64,000 bases of DNA from Ruditapes philippinarum (taxonomy: Eukaryota). Location of the stretch: assembly GCF_026571515.1 (NCBI RefSeq), contig NW_026857137.1, positions 1-64,000 of the forward strand. Reading direction: 5' to 3'. The position numbers and the translations under genes are program-made. Positions within the stretch are counted from its first letter, which is position 1, and each line of letters begins with the position of its first letter. Positions 1 through 13,594 of this stretch are shown here, one piece after another. A model generated the notes under the pieces. That model did no database searches. It was not told where the DNA came from and saw only the letters and a program-made list of their open reading frames with translations.

Positions 1-2776
1 TATGTAGCTCAACTGGGTTTTTCGTCAGTAATTCCTTTATTCTGAGCCAAATTTCAATAAAATTTAATGTTCTAACATAAGGGTTGGCTTGAATGTTTCG
101 GTGCTTAGTTTTCGTAAAAATCTGTATTCCGAGTCCGTTTAATGATTCTCTTATTACGTATCGAATGTTTTGGGCACACCTGAACCCACGACGGAAAGAA
201 TATCTCGACGAAGACAGCATAAAGATCCGATACAAAAATATGTTACTATAGTAAAATAGTAGAATCACAGTTCGATTTTCTTAAAAGAGAGCTTTGAATT
301 TTGTATAGATTTTTTAAAACCTTGAAACCTTACCTTGCGATTTACACATTATGGTGTTACAGTGTACATCTGGATCAACGGCAATTCGCATATATTTTTT
401 ACCAACACTCAATTTTGATATCATTTTGGGGGTCTCCCCCGTGTGGATAGCGTCCTCACATTAAATAATGCAAAGTTTCTGTCGGGATTCGAACCAACAA
501 AGTTTATGGCTATATTATACAGTAGACAATACAGATTTACTGTGCAGGAATTTCAGTTCGCAGATTGAAATAGATATAATAGCTATCATGAGAATACAAA
601 ATTTTATTTACCTGCTTGAGCGGTACTCAATCATTTACGCTTTAAAGTGCTGGACTTAAAGATCCTGAAGGACCAAGACAATTTAAGAACACTGAAGTGA
701 ATTACGGGGCAACATTTTACGGTTACCACAAAAAAGTGATCCATCGAAAGTATTAAAAGCAACAAAATTACATGAAAATTGCAGACTCGGTTTGATTGAA
801 TCTGTACATTAAAACACAGTGTAATTGCCAAAATCATACACAACATAAAAAAGCGGCATTTGCATTTCATGTCATAGTTACTGTTGTCATGCTTATTTTT
901 AGCAAGCGGCGTCTAAGAGAAGTATCTGTAAAGAAGGCGTTTGATGTTTTTATATCATATACAATTCGTTGAGATATTGATATAAATTATAAGGTGAAAT
1001 ACAGGTCATATCTCGAGTGAAATATAGAATAGTTGGAATATAAGTCATATCCGACAGTATGAAACTGAATGTTGTATGTTAAACACAAGTCATATCGCGG
1101 TTTAAGAAACTGGGTGAAATTATGAATAATATTCTATACATTGAAAAATATTGTGAAATAGAAAGCACACCTTATATAAAGATTTGCATGACTTGGTATG
1201 ATTTAGCGTCATTTTAGTTATGGTTGCCTAGTATCAGAGCAATACTGTATAGAATAGGACTGATCTTGAAAACTTTACTCCATATTCATTCAGTACCTTA
1301 ACTTATCTTTGCACATTGGCACAAATTTTGACCACCAGTAGTTAAGGTCCAAAAGCCTAAAACATAAAATTTAAATTTCTCACATAGATCAGCTGGGGCA
1401 CTTAAAATAGAAAGATATGCAAAAGATAATTAAGAATTATTCCCATTGAAAATCGTATTTTTGAGCTATTCTTTGCCTAATTTGAGTGAAAAGCGTTTTC
1501 AATTTTGTGTCATTTTTCAAAATTATAATATCAAAATTATATTTAGTATTTCGGAAAAACACAGTGACCGATCTGAAATTTTGCACTTAAGTTATTGGTC
1601 TTGATCTGCGTCAAATGGAACATTAATCTCAAACTAGAAATGTGTCCATAGGACACGGGTGCCCCCACCGCGCCACTGTTCTGTCAATCTTTTTACTAAG
1701 TCAAGGGAAATTACTCTACAAATACTGGATAAATCCACAAGCAAAACCCCAGGTGCAAATCTAAAATATGCTGAGCAACCTGCCTATAAGGTTAAATGAC
1801 TATGTCAAATCCTTTTTGAGAAACTTGCGACACAAGTTGAAAATTGCAAAAAAATTTCTAAGTGAAGTGCAATAACTCTTAAAATACTAAATAAATCCAG
1901 ACGAAAATACCTGGTGCACAACTGCACATGCTAATCAATATTCCTGTAAAGTTACATGACTCTAGGTCAAATACTTTTTGAGTTACCTGCGACACATGTT
2001 GAAAATTGCAAAATTTTACTAAGTCATGGGCAATATATCTGAAAATACTAAAAATATCCAGACGAAAATACCCAGGTGCACAACTACACATGCTGATCAA
2101 CATTCCTGTAAAGTTTCATGACTCTAGGTCAAATACTTTTTTGAGTTACGTGCGACACAAGTTGAAAATTGCAAAATTTTACTAAGTCAAGGGCAATAAC
2201 TCTGAAAATACTAAATATATCCAGACGAAAATACCCAGGTGCACAACTACATAATGCTGATCAACATTCCTGTAAAGTTTCATGACTCTAGGTCAAATAC
2301 TTTTTGAGTTACATGCGACACAAGTTGAAAATTGCAAAAATTTTCTAAGTGAAGGGCAATAACTCTGAAAATAATGAAAATTTCCAAAGGAAAATACCCA
2401 GGTGCACAACTACACATGCTGATCAACATTCCTGTAAAGTTTCATGACTCTAGGTCAAATACTTTTTGAGTTACGTGCGACACAAGTTGAAAATTGCAAA
2501 ATTTTACTAAGTCAAGGGCAATAACTCTGAAAATACTAAAAATATCCAGACGAAAATACCCAGGTGCACAACTACACATGCTGATCAACATTCCTGTAAA
2601 GTTTCATGACTCTAGGTCAAATACTTTTTGAGTTACGTGCGACACAAGTTGAAAATTGCAAAATTTTACTAAGTCAAGGGCAATAACTCTGAAAATACTA
2701 AAAATATCCAGACGAAAATACCCAGGTGCACAACTACACATGCTGATCAACATTCCTGTAAAGTTTCATGACTCTA
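1..2776 (+). repeat. Copy A of a near-identical direct duplication (offset 6315 bp); probably starts left of the window
   Basis: 1-2776 matches 6316-~9090 almost base for base. Identical ORF pairs: 468/6783 and 631/6946. Copy A breaks off inside the satellite array at ~2776. Confidence 0.95.
1632..2776 (-). mobile_element. Truncated Helentron/DINE-1-like (HINE) element with ~7 copies of a 162-bp satellite monomer
   Basis: aactag terminus with hairpin (tgtgtcc..ggacac). ggtgcacaac recurs every ~162 bp. The microsatellite end is missing at the duplication junction. Confidence 0.8.
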
Positions 2777-2859
2777 AGTATTATAAGAGCTGATGAATAG
2801 GTGGATTAAATGTGTATCACAAAACATGAGTCAGTCAGTTAGTTTTAAGTTTACTTATA

Positions 2860-3041
2860 CTCGGCGCCGGAATAACCATATGTCCGAGAATTCAGCATCC
2901 GCGCCGGTCCACTCAGTCGCATCAGGGACGTCTTTGTCAAGCTGAGTCTTCCTGATATTCCCGTTCTTCGTTCGTTGGTGGTAGAGGAGTACGACAATAC
3001 TGGCCAGGCATCATACTGACGATAACAAAAACGGTTCTCAT
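2860..3041 (-). pseudogene. Possible frameshifted first exon of a type II membrane/signal-anchor protein
   Basis: ATG at 3041 gives MRTVFVIVSM. After one extra base the frame reads CLASIVVLLYHQRTKNGNIRKTQLDKDVPDATEWTGADAEFSDIWLFRRR. Locally GC-rich. No downstream exon in the window. Confidence 0.3.
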
Positions 3042-5124
3042 TAGCGCTAACCCTCCAGAGTTAGTCACGACAGGTCAACCAACCACCTCTAGTACTTAAG
3101 ATGACTTGACCTTGACCTGCCGTGTGCCTTCTCCGCGACGTGCACGCCTCAGGAGGGATTTTGAGAAGAAACATGAGTGATAGTTGGTATTTCTTTTATA
3201 TTCAAAAAGACGCTTATATTTCGTATCTTAAAAAAATATCATAAAGTTTATGAACATGTGGATTTAATGTAAAATTATAAGATGACATGAGTGATAGTTG
3301 GTAAATCTTTTATATTTAAGAATAAACATATACATTTATTTCCTAAAATCTAACAATGATTTATCTTTGTTCATTGATTTTTGCGACGGACGCGCCCTCA
3401 GGCGCGTTCAGAGCTAAGTCATCTACATGGGATTTCGTCTGCTACACTCGCGCAAAGTGTCCTCAACCGATTAACAGCCCAAGAAAAAGTACATGAATTT
3501 GATCCTTTTAAAACTCCCATACTATGTCGGGATATCTTAAAATCTTCCATATTTAGCCTTTTCAATTTCAAATTAAGTTATCCAAGTTAAAATATGGACG
3601 TTTATGATTGATAAAAACGTTGTAGTCCCGTAGTATTATTGCGCAATTATGCAAATTACTGCCGAAACGATTTACCGCTGTCGAAAAAGTAGGACAGCAA
3701 ATTATACTATAATTAAGGTGTAAGCTCTGAGTTCCAAGAAATTATTAGTAGGAAATAAATATTTCTACATTATACAAAACATTATTATTAACAAATCAAA
3801 AGTTTTTTGGACTCTAGAATAACTCGCGCATTAATAAAAGAAGAACTATTTTCGTGACTCATACCGCGGGTTTAGCTGAATATTCAGCAATAAATTAGAT
3901 ACATTTTCTAGGTCACGATATGATTTAACCTTCGCTATTCTAAAAATAGATTCTGCTTTACCTGTGCTGATTTTCGGACATTTGGGAGTACACATTATAC
4001 ATGTTATAAACCAGCGGATACTTACTTTGTTCACATGCAATACTTTTAGAAATTCTATACAATTGTAAGAAGCAAACAAGTTGAAAATGTAATTTAGTGT
4101 GAAAATGAAAAGGACAACTAAACACTATAGTGCTTTAAAAAAAAATTGTGACATTTAGATTAAAATAAAAACGATGTGCTCTGGCCCTTGCAAATAAAAA
4201 AAATCTAAAAAATACGGTGATGATTGTAACCAAAAATATTTTTAATGAGACGTACATATCCAAAAGAAATAAAAATACAAATGACTTATATTTTATTGTC
4301 TATATGCCCACTATGTTAAAACACGAAGCAATTATAAATAGCATTCTCACATGTATAATCACGGATTTATCCGTGGTATAATGTATTATGCTTGAAGTCT
4401 ATTTGCATGGTTTTATTTTAGAAATATGTCGTTGAAAGTTTTTATTCCATTTACATATCATTTCTTGGAATAAATCGATAATGAAACTGATTTACAAGTT
4501 TGACCAGGGTTTTAGGCATATATTTCATTCTGCTTGAAAGAAGAAAATCTGGATTATATCAGATTGGGACACAAAATATATTGCTCCTTGTATGGAACAA
4601 ATTTTTTCTGTTATATATTTTGTACTTTATTTTTTTTTTCTAAAAAATCCCTAAATGTCTCCCCGGTTGCGTGTCCGTCGCATTCAGTGCTGCAGCACTT
4701 TGATTAAAAAAAGCTTCTATGTACATATACTTGCTATAATACTTTTAAACTTAAGACAGCGAATAACTGTAATAATAATATAATTGTTTACTTACAATAC
4801 AATAGGCGCTATTCAAATAATTATAAATGTCAACAACTTAATGTGTATGCATGACCCTATCTTATACATGTAGTATATTGGTGAAAAAATTGAACAATGT
4901 AATTATCGTAATAAAAGTGTATCATATTTAATGTTTTGTGTGTTTTGTATTTCTTACCCTGTGCATCGATATAATTATGAAAGGAAAGTATAAATGTATT
5001 TAACACCTCATTTTGTTCTTATAAATGAAATAAATATGATATACTGTGTTGCTATAAACATGTATACGAGCATATTTATAACTATTAAAATTCACTCATA
5101 AATGTGAGAGCAATATTATACTTT

Positions 5125-5189
5125 TTGGTAAGGTTTTAGTCGCATCAAGACAGTGTAGGTGATACGGCGACTGATGGAAGACGTCAGCC

Positions 5190-5220
<31 letters not shown>

Positions 5221-5285
5221 ACACACATGTAAATTATTTCAGGCACTTTCAGGCATCATAGTAGAATCACCGACGTTCCGAAACG
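5125..5285 (-). mobile_element. Partial SINE (same family as 16640 and 55345) interrupted by poly-C/(CA)n
   Basis: Shares gacagtgtaggt..ggcgac, ttatttcaggcac and accgacgttccg with the other copies. Confidence 0.55.
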
Positions 5286-6315
5286 AATCTCTTTACAAAG
5301 CTTTTTTCTTTTTTAGAAAATCAATTCTAATGTGATTCCACCCTTCTCACTTCCCATTATATTTACCCATTTTTATTCCGCATTTTATGCAGTCTTTGTC
5401 GAAATATTCTTTCCGTCGTGGGTTACGGTGTGTCCAAAAAACATGAAGAAAATGTCGCTATACGGACTCAAAATACAGATTTCGAACAAATTTTCCCACT
5501 GAGCCATGCTTAAAATTCAAACGAAACCTTATTGAAACATTTATTGAGATTTGGCTCTGTGTCAAATTTTATAGATCTTTATCTTGGAGATACTATATAT
5601 CTACCAGGAATGGAATCCTTATTTGGCACATCATCAAATAATACAGAATAAATCTAGGATGAAATTAAAATATTATATGTTGAAGAAGCCCTCATTAATC
5701 GATAAAAATAAACATTATTTTAAAGAAAGTTTAACTAAACATAAAAAAGTTCTGAAACGAACCTCATATGAATGGCAACCGTCTTTGTTTAAAGTACATG
5801 TACTCAGAGTCAGTGCCGGGAATTACTTTAATAAACTATCAAAAGCCAAAAATAGTTAAGTAAATGGTCCGTTATTGCCAATGGACTTAAGTTTTGTTCA
5901 AATTGAATATGTATCAGTGACCACACAGTAAGAGGGTAAAAATGTGATAACATTTTTTTCACGTGTTCAAAATTTCATGTTGGATTTATGTATAAAAACA
6001 TTCATGTGAATAAGATTTTCTTCAGAAGATAGCATGCTTTGCTTTGAAATTTATACGAAAAATACTTGCATACAACAACAATTATTCATGTAAGCATACT
6101 TTGTATTGTTTTACCATTCCTGATACAAAGTACCTCACGGTGTAAAATACCTTGAGTATACGCGTTATTTTTAGTAATTCTATTGCCGTGATATTCAATT
6201 TCGAATCACATGGACTAACGGAAACGAAACCTTAATTGTTTCTTAAGGTTGGCTATTAAATGTTTATATGAAAGTGATCCGTTGTTCTAAATCACATATG
6301 GATCTCTTCAGCACA

Positions 6316-9090
6316 TATGTAGCTCAACTGGGTTTTTCGTCAGTAATTCCTTTATTCTGAGCCAAATTTCAATAAAATTTAATGTTCTAACATAAGGGTT
6401 GGCTTGAATGTTTCGGTGCTTAGTTTTCGTAAAAATCTGTATTCCGAGTCCGTTTAATGATTCTCTTATTACGTATCGAATGTTTTGGGCACACCTGAAC
6501 CCACGACGGAAAGAATATCTCGACGAAGACAGCATAAAGATCCGATACAAAAATATGTTACTATAGTAAAATAGTAGAATCACAGTTCGATTTTCTTAAA
6601 AGAGAGCTTTGAATTTTGTATAGATTTTTTAAAACCTTGAAACCTTACCTTGCGATTTACACATTATGGTGTTACAGTGTACATCTGGATCAACGGCAAT
6701 TCGCATATATTTTTTACCAACACTCAATTTTGATATCATTTTGGGGGTCTCCCCCGTGTGGATAGCGTCCTCACATTAAATAATGCAAAGTTTCTGTCGG
6801 GATTCGAACCAACAAAGTTTATGGCTATATTATACAGTAGACAATACAGATTTACTGTGCAGGAATTTCAGTTCGCAGATTGAAATAGATATAATAGCTA
6901 TCATGAGAATACAAAATTTTATTTACCTGCTTGAGCGGTACTCAATCATTTACGCTTTAAAGTGCTGGACTTAAAGATCCTGAAGGACCAAGACAATTTA
7001 AGAACACTGAAGTGAATTACGGGGCAACATTTTACGGTTACCACAAAAAAGTGATCCATCGAAAGTATTAAAAGCAACAAAATTACATGAAAATTGCAGA
7101 CTCGGTTTGATTGAATCTGTACATTAAAACACAGTGTAATTGCCAAAATCATACACAACATAAAAAAGCGGCATTTGCATTTCATGTCATAGTTACTGTT
7201 GTCATGCTTATTTTTAGCAAGCGGCGTCTAAGAGAAGTATCTGTAAAGAAGGCGTTTGATGTTTTTATATCATATACAATTCGTTGAGATATTGATATAA
7301 ATTATAAGGTGAAATACAGGTCATATCTCGAGTGAAATATAGAATAGTTGGAATATAAGTCATATCCGACAGTATGAAACTGAATGTTGTATGTTAAACA
7401 CAAGTCATATCGCGGTTTAAGAAACTGGGTGAAATTATGAATAATATTCTATACATTGAAAAATATTGTGAAATAGAAAGCACACCTTATATAAAGATTT
7501 GCATGACTTGGTATGATTTAGCGTCATTTTAGTTATGGTTGCCTAGTATCAGAGCAATACTGTATAGAATAGGACTGATCTTGAAAACTTTACTCCATAT
7601 TCATTCAGTACCTTAACTTATCTTTGCACATTGGCACAAATTTTGACCACCAGTAGTTAAGGTCCAAAAGCCTAAAACATAAAATTTAAAATTTCTCACA
7701 TAGATCAGCTGGGGCACTTAAAATAGAAAGATATGCAAAAGATAATTAAGAATTATTCCCATTGAAAATCGTATTTTTGAGCTATTCTTTGCCTAATTTG
7801 AGTGAAAAGCGTTTTCAATTTTGTGTCATTTTTCAAAAAATATAATATCAAAATTATATTTAGTATTTCGGAAAAACACAGTGACCGATCTGAAATTTTG
7901 CACTTAAGTTATTGGTCTTGATCTGCGTCAAATGGAACATTAATCTCAAACTAGAAATGTGTCCATAGGACACGGGTGCCCCCACCGCGCCACTGTTCTG
8001 TCAATCTTTTTACTAAGTCAAGGAAATTACTCTACAAATACTGGATAAATCCACAAGCAAAACCCCAGGTGCAAATCTAAAATATGCTGAGCAACCTGCC
8101 TATAAGGTTAAATGACTATGTCAAATCCTTTTTGAGAAACTTGCGACACAAGTTGAAAATTGCAAAAAAATTTCTAAGTGAAGTGCAATAACTCTTAAAA
8201 TACTAAATAAATCCAGACGAAAATACCTGGTGCACAACTGCACATGCTAATCAATATTCCTGTAAAGTTACATGACTCTAGGTCAAATACTTTTTGAGTT
8301 ACCTGCGACACAAGTTGAAAATTGCAAAATTTTACTAAGTCATGGGCAATATATCTGAAAATACTAAAAATATCCAGACGAAAATACCCAGGTGCACAAC
8401 TACACATGCTGATCAACATTCCTGTAAAGTTTCATGACTCTAGGTCAAATACTTTTTGAGTTACGTGCGACACAAGTTGAAAATTGCAAAATTTTACTAA
8501 GTCAAAGGCAATAACTCTGAAAATACTAAATATATCCAGACGAAAATACCCAGGTGCACAACTACACATGCTGATCAACATTCCTGTAAAGTTTCATGAC
8601 TCTAGGTCAAATACTTTTTGAGTTACATGCGACACAAGTTGAAAATTGCAAAATTTTACTAAGTCAAGGGCAATAACTCTGAAAATAATGAAAATTTCCA
8701 AAGGAAAATACCCAGGTGCACAACTACACATGCTGATCAACATTCCTGTAAAGTTTCATGACTCTAGGTCAAATACTTTTTGAGTTACGTGCGACACAAG
8801 TTGAAAATTGCAAAATTTTACTAAGTCAAGGGCAATAACTCTGAAAATACTAAAAATATCCAGACGAAAATACCCAGGTGCACAACTACACATGCTGATC
8901 AACATTCCTGTAAAGTTTCATGACTCTAGGTCAAATACTTTTTGAGTTACGTGCGACACAAGTTGAAAATTGCAAAATTTTACTAAGTCAAGGGCAATAA
9001 CTCTGAAAATACTAAAAATATCCAGACGAAAATACCCAGGTGCACAACTACACATGCTGATCAACATTCCTGTAAAGTTTCATGACTCTA
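6316..9090 (+). repeat. Copy B of the direct duplication
   Basis: tatgtagctcaactggg at 6316 equals window position 1. Differences are a few SNPs and short indels, several in homopolymers. Confidence 0.95.
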
Positions 9091-9438
9091 GGTCAAATAC
9101 TTTTTGAGTTACGTGCGACACAAGTTGAAAATTGCAAAATTTTACTAAGTCAAGGGCAATAACTCTGAAAATACTAAAAATATCCAGGCGAAAATACACA
9201 GGTGCACAACTACACATGCTGATCAACATTCCTGTAAAGTTTCATGACTCTAGGTCAAATACTTTTTGAGTTACGTGCGACACAAAAGTGAACGGACGGA
9301 CGGACGGAAGGACGGACGGAAGGACGGACGGACAGACGGACGGACAAGGGTAAATCTAAATGCCCGCCACTAATGTGGGGGTACAAAAATTATGTCCAGT
9401 CCGGTTATGTAAAAAAAACCTTAGTGGAGTCCCTTTAA
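7658..9438. mobile_element. TTAA-bounded MITE (Kolobok/Crypton-like termini) split by the satellite-bearing HINE
   Basis: Left part ttaaggtccaaaagcctaaaacat (7658-7948), right end ccttagtggagtccctttaa (~9438). The same family occurs reversed at ~43900-44198, ~46770-47063 and ~28340-28397. Confidence 0.55.
7949..9389 (-). mobile_element. Complete HINE/DINE-like element with 8 x 162-bp satellite monomers and a (GGAC)n microsatellite
   Basis: ggtg anchors at 8715, 8877, 9039 and 9201 give a 162-bp period. (GGAC)n at ~9292-9346. Terminal hairpin followed by an A-run; aactag at the other end. Confidence 0.85.
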
Positions 9439-9535
9439 ACACGACCTACTCAGAATATGTGTATGTGTGACAGTGTCTGAAAAGTAACTTAATGGGTATC
9501 TCCTCTACACACAGCAAATTCTTCAGTACATGTAT

Positions 9536-11254
9536 AACTAGAACTGCCACTATCATGGCGTGAATACCCCCGCATACCACTTTGTCAGAATCAACAGTGG
9601 CCATTTAGAGCTCAAGGACAACCTCCCTGCCAAATCTGAGGTTACTAAGCCAGTGCATTGCTAAGTTATGTATTCTACATGCTTCAAATGTGAAAATGTC
9701 AATACATTGCGGACAGGACATTCTTTAGCAATTGAGAAGAAAACTTTTTTTTGTCAAAGTCCCTGTGACCTTGACCTTTGACCCAGTGACTTCAAAATCA
9801 ATAGGGGTCACCTTACAGTCATGATCAACATCCATACCAAATATGAAGACTGTGGGTCAAAGGAATCTTAAGTTAATGGCTGGACAAACTTTTTGAAGTT
9901 AAAGTCCCTATGACCTTGACCTTTGATCCAGTGACCTCAAAATCAAAAGGGGTCATCTACTAATCATGATCAACATCCATGCCAAATATGAAGACTGTGG
10001 GTCAAAGGAATCTAAAGTTATTTGGCGGACAAACTTTTTGAAGTCAAAGTCCCTGTGACCTTGACCTGGTAACCTCAAAATCAATAGGGGTCATCTACTA
10101 ATCATGACTAACCTCCATGCCAAATATAAAGACTGTGGGTCAAAGGAATCTTAAGTTATTGGGCGGACAAACTTTTTGAAGTCAAGGCCCCTGTGACCTT
10201 GACTTTTGACCTGGTGACCTGAAAATCAATAGGGGTCATCTATTCGTCATGAGTAACCTCGATGCCAAATATGAAGACTGTGGGTCAAAGGAATCTTAAG
10301 ATATTGGGCGGACAAGCTTTTGGAAGTCAAGGCCCCTGTGACCTTGACTTTAAACCTGGCGGCCTCAAAATAAATAGGGGTCATCTACTTGTCATGACTA
10401 ACCTCCATGCAAAACATGAAGACTTTGGGTCAAAGATATCATAAGTTATTTGGCGGACAAGTTTTTTGAAGTCAAGGCCCCTGTGACCTTGACCTTTTAC
10501 CTGGTGACCTCAAAATCAATAGGGGTCATCTACTAATCATGACTAACCTCCATGCCAAATATGAAGACTGTAGGTCAAAGGAATCTTAAGTTATTGGGCG
10601 GACAAGCTTTTTGAAGTCAAGGCCCCTGTGACCTTGACCTTTGACCTCAAAATCAATAGGGGTCATCTACTAATCATGACTAACCTCCATGCCAAATATG
10701 AAGACTGTAGGTCAAAGGAATCTTAAGTTATTGGGCGGACAAGCTTTTTGAAGTCAAGGCCCCTGTGACCTTGACCTTTGACCTAGTGACCTCAAAATCA
10801 ATAGGGGTCATCTACTAATCATGACTAACCTCCATGCCAAATATGAAGACTGTAGGTCAAAGGAATCTTAAGTTATTGGGCGGACAAGCTTTTTGAAGTC
10901 AAGGCCCCTGTGACCTTGACCTTTGACCTCAAAATCAATAGGGGTCATCTACTAATCATGACTAACCTCCATGCCAAATATGAAGACTGTAGGTCAAAGG
11001 AATCTTAAGTTATTGGGCGGACAAGCTTTTTGAAGTCAAGGCCCCTGTGACCTTGACCTTTGACCTAGTGACCTCAAAATCAATAGGGGTCATCTACTAA
11101 TCATGACTAACCTCCATGCCAAATATGAAGACTAAGGGTCAAAGGAATCTTTAGTTATGAGGCGGACAAGAAAAAACCGACGGACAGTCGGACGGCCGGA
11201 CAAGCTGATACCAGTATACCCCCCTTACAACTTTGTTGTGCAGGGGTATAAAAA
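9536..11254 (-). mobile_element. Second HINE/DINE-like family with 10 x ~145-bp satellite monomers
   Basis: ggggtca anchors at 9804, 9949, 10087, 10232, 10377, 10522, 10659, 10804, 10941 and 11086. CGGA-type microsatellite at ~11179-11201. Terminal hairpin tatacccc...ggggtata. Confidence 0.85.
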
Positions 11255-11853
11255 GCAAACTTGTTTCTTTTTTTAAAATGAAATCAAAACATCTTCATCA
11301 AATAACACACAACTTTATTCACATATTTTAAAGTCTGCAATATATTGTAAACAGCAATCGTTTTCATTATTTATACATAGTTATTTAAAATAGTTTCTAT
11401 CTATCTATATAAGACTTCAAAAACATATGCCATCATTCAGAGCATGTTAAAACATTTCAAACTACATGTTATTACAACAAATCATTTACATTATTAGCTA
11501 GAATCTCCCACATGGTGGTTTCCATCTACCTGGTAAATTTCTCAAATCACAGGTGCAAATAAATCATTACCAATACAAGGATTCAGACATAATTGTTATT
11601 CAAATGACTGTCTACCTTAAGTTATGATACATGTATATGATTATTAAATTTTCACATATTGTCAGAATAAATCAATAAAATACCAACTAGAGATTGGTTA
11701 ATTTTGTAGACTATATTCACAAACAACAAGGGCACCACAAAACCACAAAGATAGGGGGAATACAGGCCCAAATGTAAAAATGTTAAGAATCGATTCTAAT
11801 GTTTTACCCAAGACAGAAACCCATTAATTAAACTTGTCCCAAACATGACTTAT

Positions 11854-12029
11854 ATGAGCCGTGTCATGACAAAACCAACATAGTGGGTTTGCGACCAGCA
11901 TGGATCCAGACCAGCCTGCGCATCCGCGCAGTCTGATCAGGATCCATACTGTTCGCTATCAGTTTCTCTACTTGTAATAGAGTTGGTAAGCGAACCCATT
12001 ATGTTGGTTTTGTCGTGACACAGCTTATA
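11854..12029. mobile_element. MITE with TIR tgagccgtgtcatgacaaaaccaacata
   Basis: Matching right end atgttggttttgtcgtgacacagctta. A second copy lies at 15910-16096. Confidence 0.8.
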
Positions 12030-12626
12030 TTAATTATCCTAATGACACTTAGTGACCCTCTTGGAAGTTGCATCTTTTACCCTTTATGTTTAATTCATAT
12101 AACTTTTACAAAGTTTTACTAAGCAATACTACACACCAAATACTTATATCTAATCTCTAGACATTGTAGTTTTCCACAAGAAAGCTTAAATGTTTTTCGA
12201 AATACTAGTGTATTTCCACTAAGTGACCTCCTGGTTCAAAATATCACTGTCCTCAGTCATGACTCATGTAACTTTTATAGAGGTCACGATTCATGTAAGT
12301 TTTGTTGAGGATCGCAAGGTGATGCTACAAGCAAAATAATCCTTATAGAATAAAATATTTTTTAAACAAGTTTTATGTGTAAGTCTATGTAAAATAAGTT
12401 ACTCTAAAGGTAAAATAAAATCAATACCAAAGACTTAAAAGAATAATCATGACATTGATAACAAAATACAGTAAACACAGAGAAAAAGCAAGGAACTTGA
12501 ACCATGTGGAGCTATAACTGCTAGACTCAGGACCCTCAGATTTTTTTCTGACAAAACTGGATTGTAATACTGACTATAAGCATTCTTACTTTCCTTTAGT
12601 CATTACAGAGAATTCTATATACTTTA

Positions 12627-13062
12627 ACAAGAGCTTGTCAAAGACAGCGCAGCTGTCCTATACTGGTGTAATGTTATGGAAGGGTCTTCAAAATAATGGA
12701 CAAATGGAAGAGAAAAAATTTGCAAAATCTCCGTCTGCATAATTTGTTAGGTTTTTTTTCTACATAATAATTATCATCAACCTATCTATAAGTGATTTTT
12801 GAGTTATGGAGGGATCAGACAGAATAACTTGTGTTAAACCTATAAAGGTAAATCAACAAGTACTTTGAATAACTATGTGTGACCTTGATCTTGATTTAGG
12901 AAAGCCAAACATGTGTTCTGCTCATTATCTCATTATTATGAACATTAATGTCCCATAGTTTTTTTGTTCCATCATAAGATACAAGAGTGGACATAAAATT
13001 GCTAATGGATAGGCGGACAACCTGGTGCTAAACATCTGAATAATTGTTATGGGCATATAAAA
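12627..13062 (-). mobile_element. Degenerate HINE-like element
   Basis: aacaagagc terminus with small hairpin, a decayed monomer, a ggac-like tract and a ...gggcatataaaaa end. Confidence 0.45.
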
Positions 13063-13594
13063 ATGACAAATCCAATATTGAACTCGACATTGTCAAGATA
13101 TGATAACAAAACAACGGCTTGTTTTTGCTTTTGTTTACAATTGTCGTTTTGGTCAATACGAAGGTTAAGTGTTTAATTACAGGAATGGTTCAAGATAATG
13201 TATATTTGGTTAAGCTTGAGCTTTGGAATGAAAAGTTCTATGAGATAATTCAGGAACAAACTGTTATCACTTGCTCTGATTCCAATTCAAAGACAGAAAT
13301 TGAAAGTATTAATTATGAATCGACATAAAAAGAGAAGATAGCAAACTACATTGTCAATTATCTTGTGTGCCAAATTTTAACCTGGACTTACAAGAAAACA
13401 AACTGATATAATTCAAGCAAAGATCAAGTTACACTAATGGGTTCTTTATAATACTGTAACATCGCTTTTCATTGTATGATCCTGACATTTATATACTTTT
13501 ATATACAATGCTGCTGTCAATTTATAAAGAAATCTCTCTTTTTTTCTAAAAAAAAACATGCTACTTTATTAAATCATTTATAATTATAAATTCG

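Noticed and set aside
1879-2103. ORFs in satellite arrays (also 8195-8419, 10262-10444, 57410-57760)
   Set aside because: Translations of tandem repeats.
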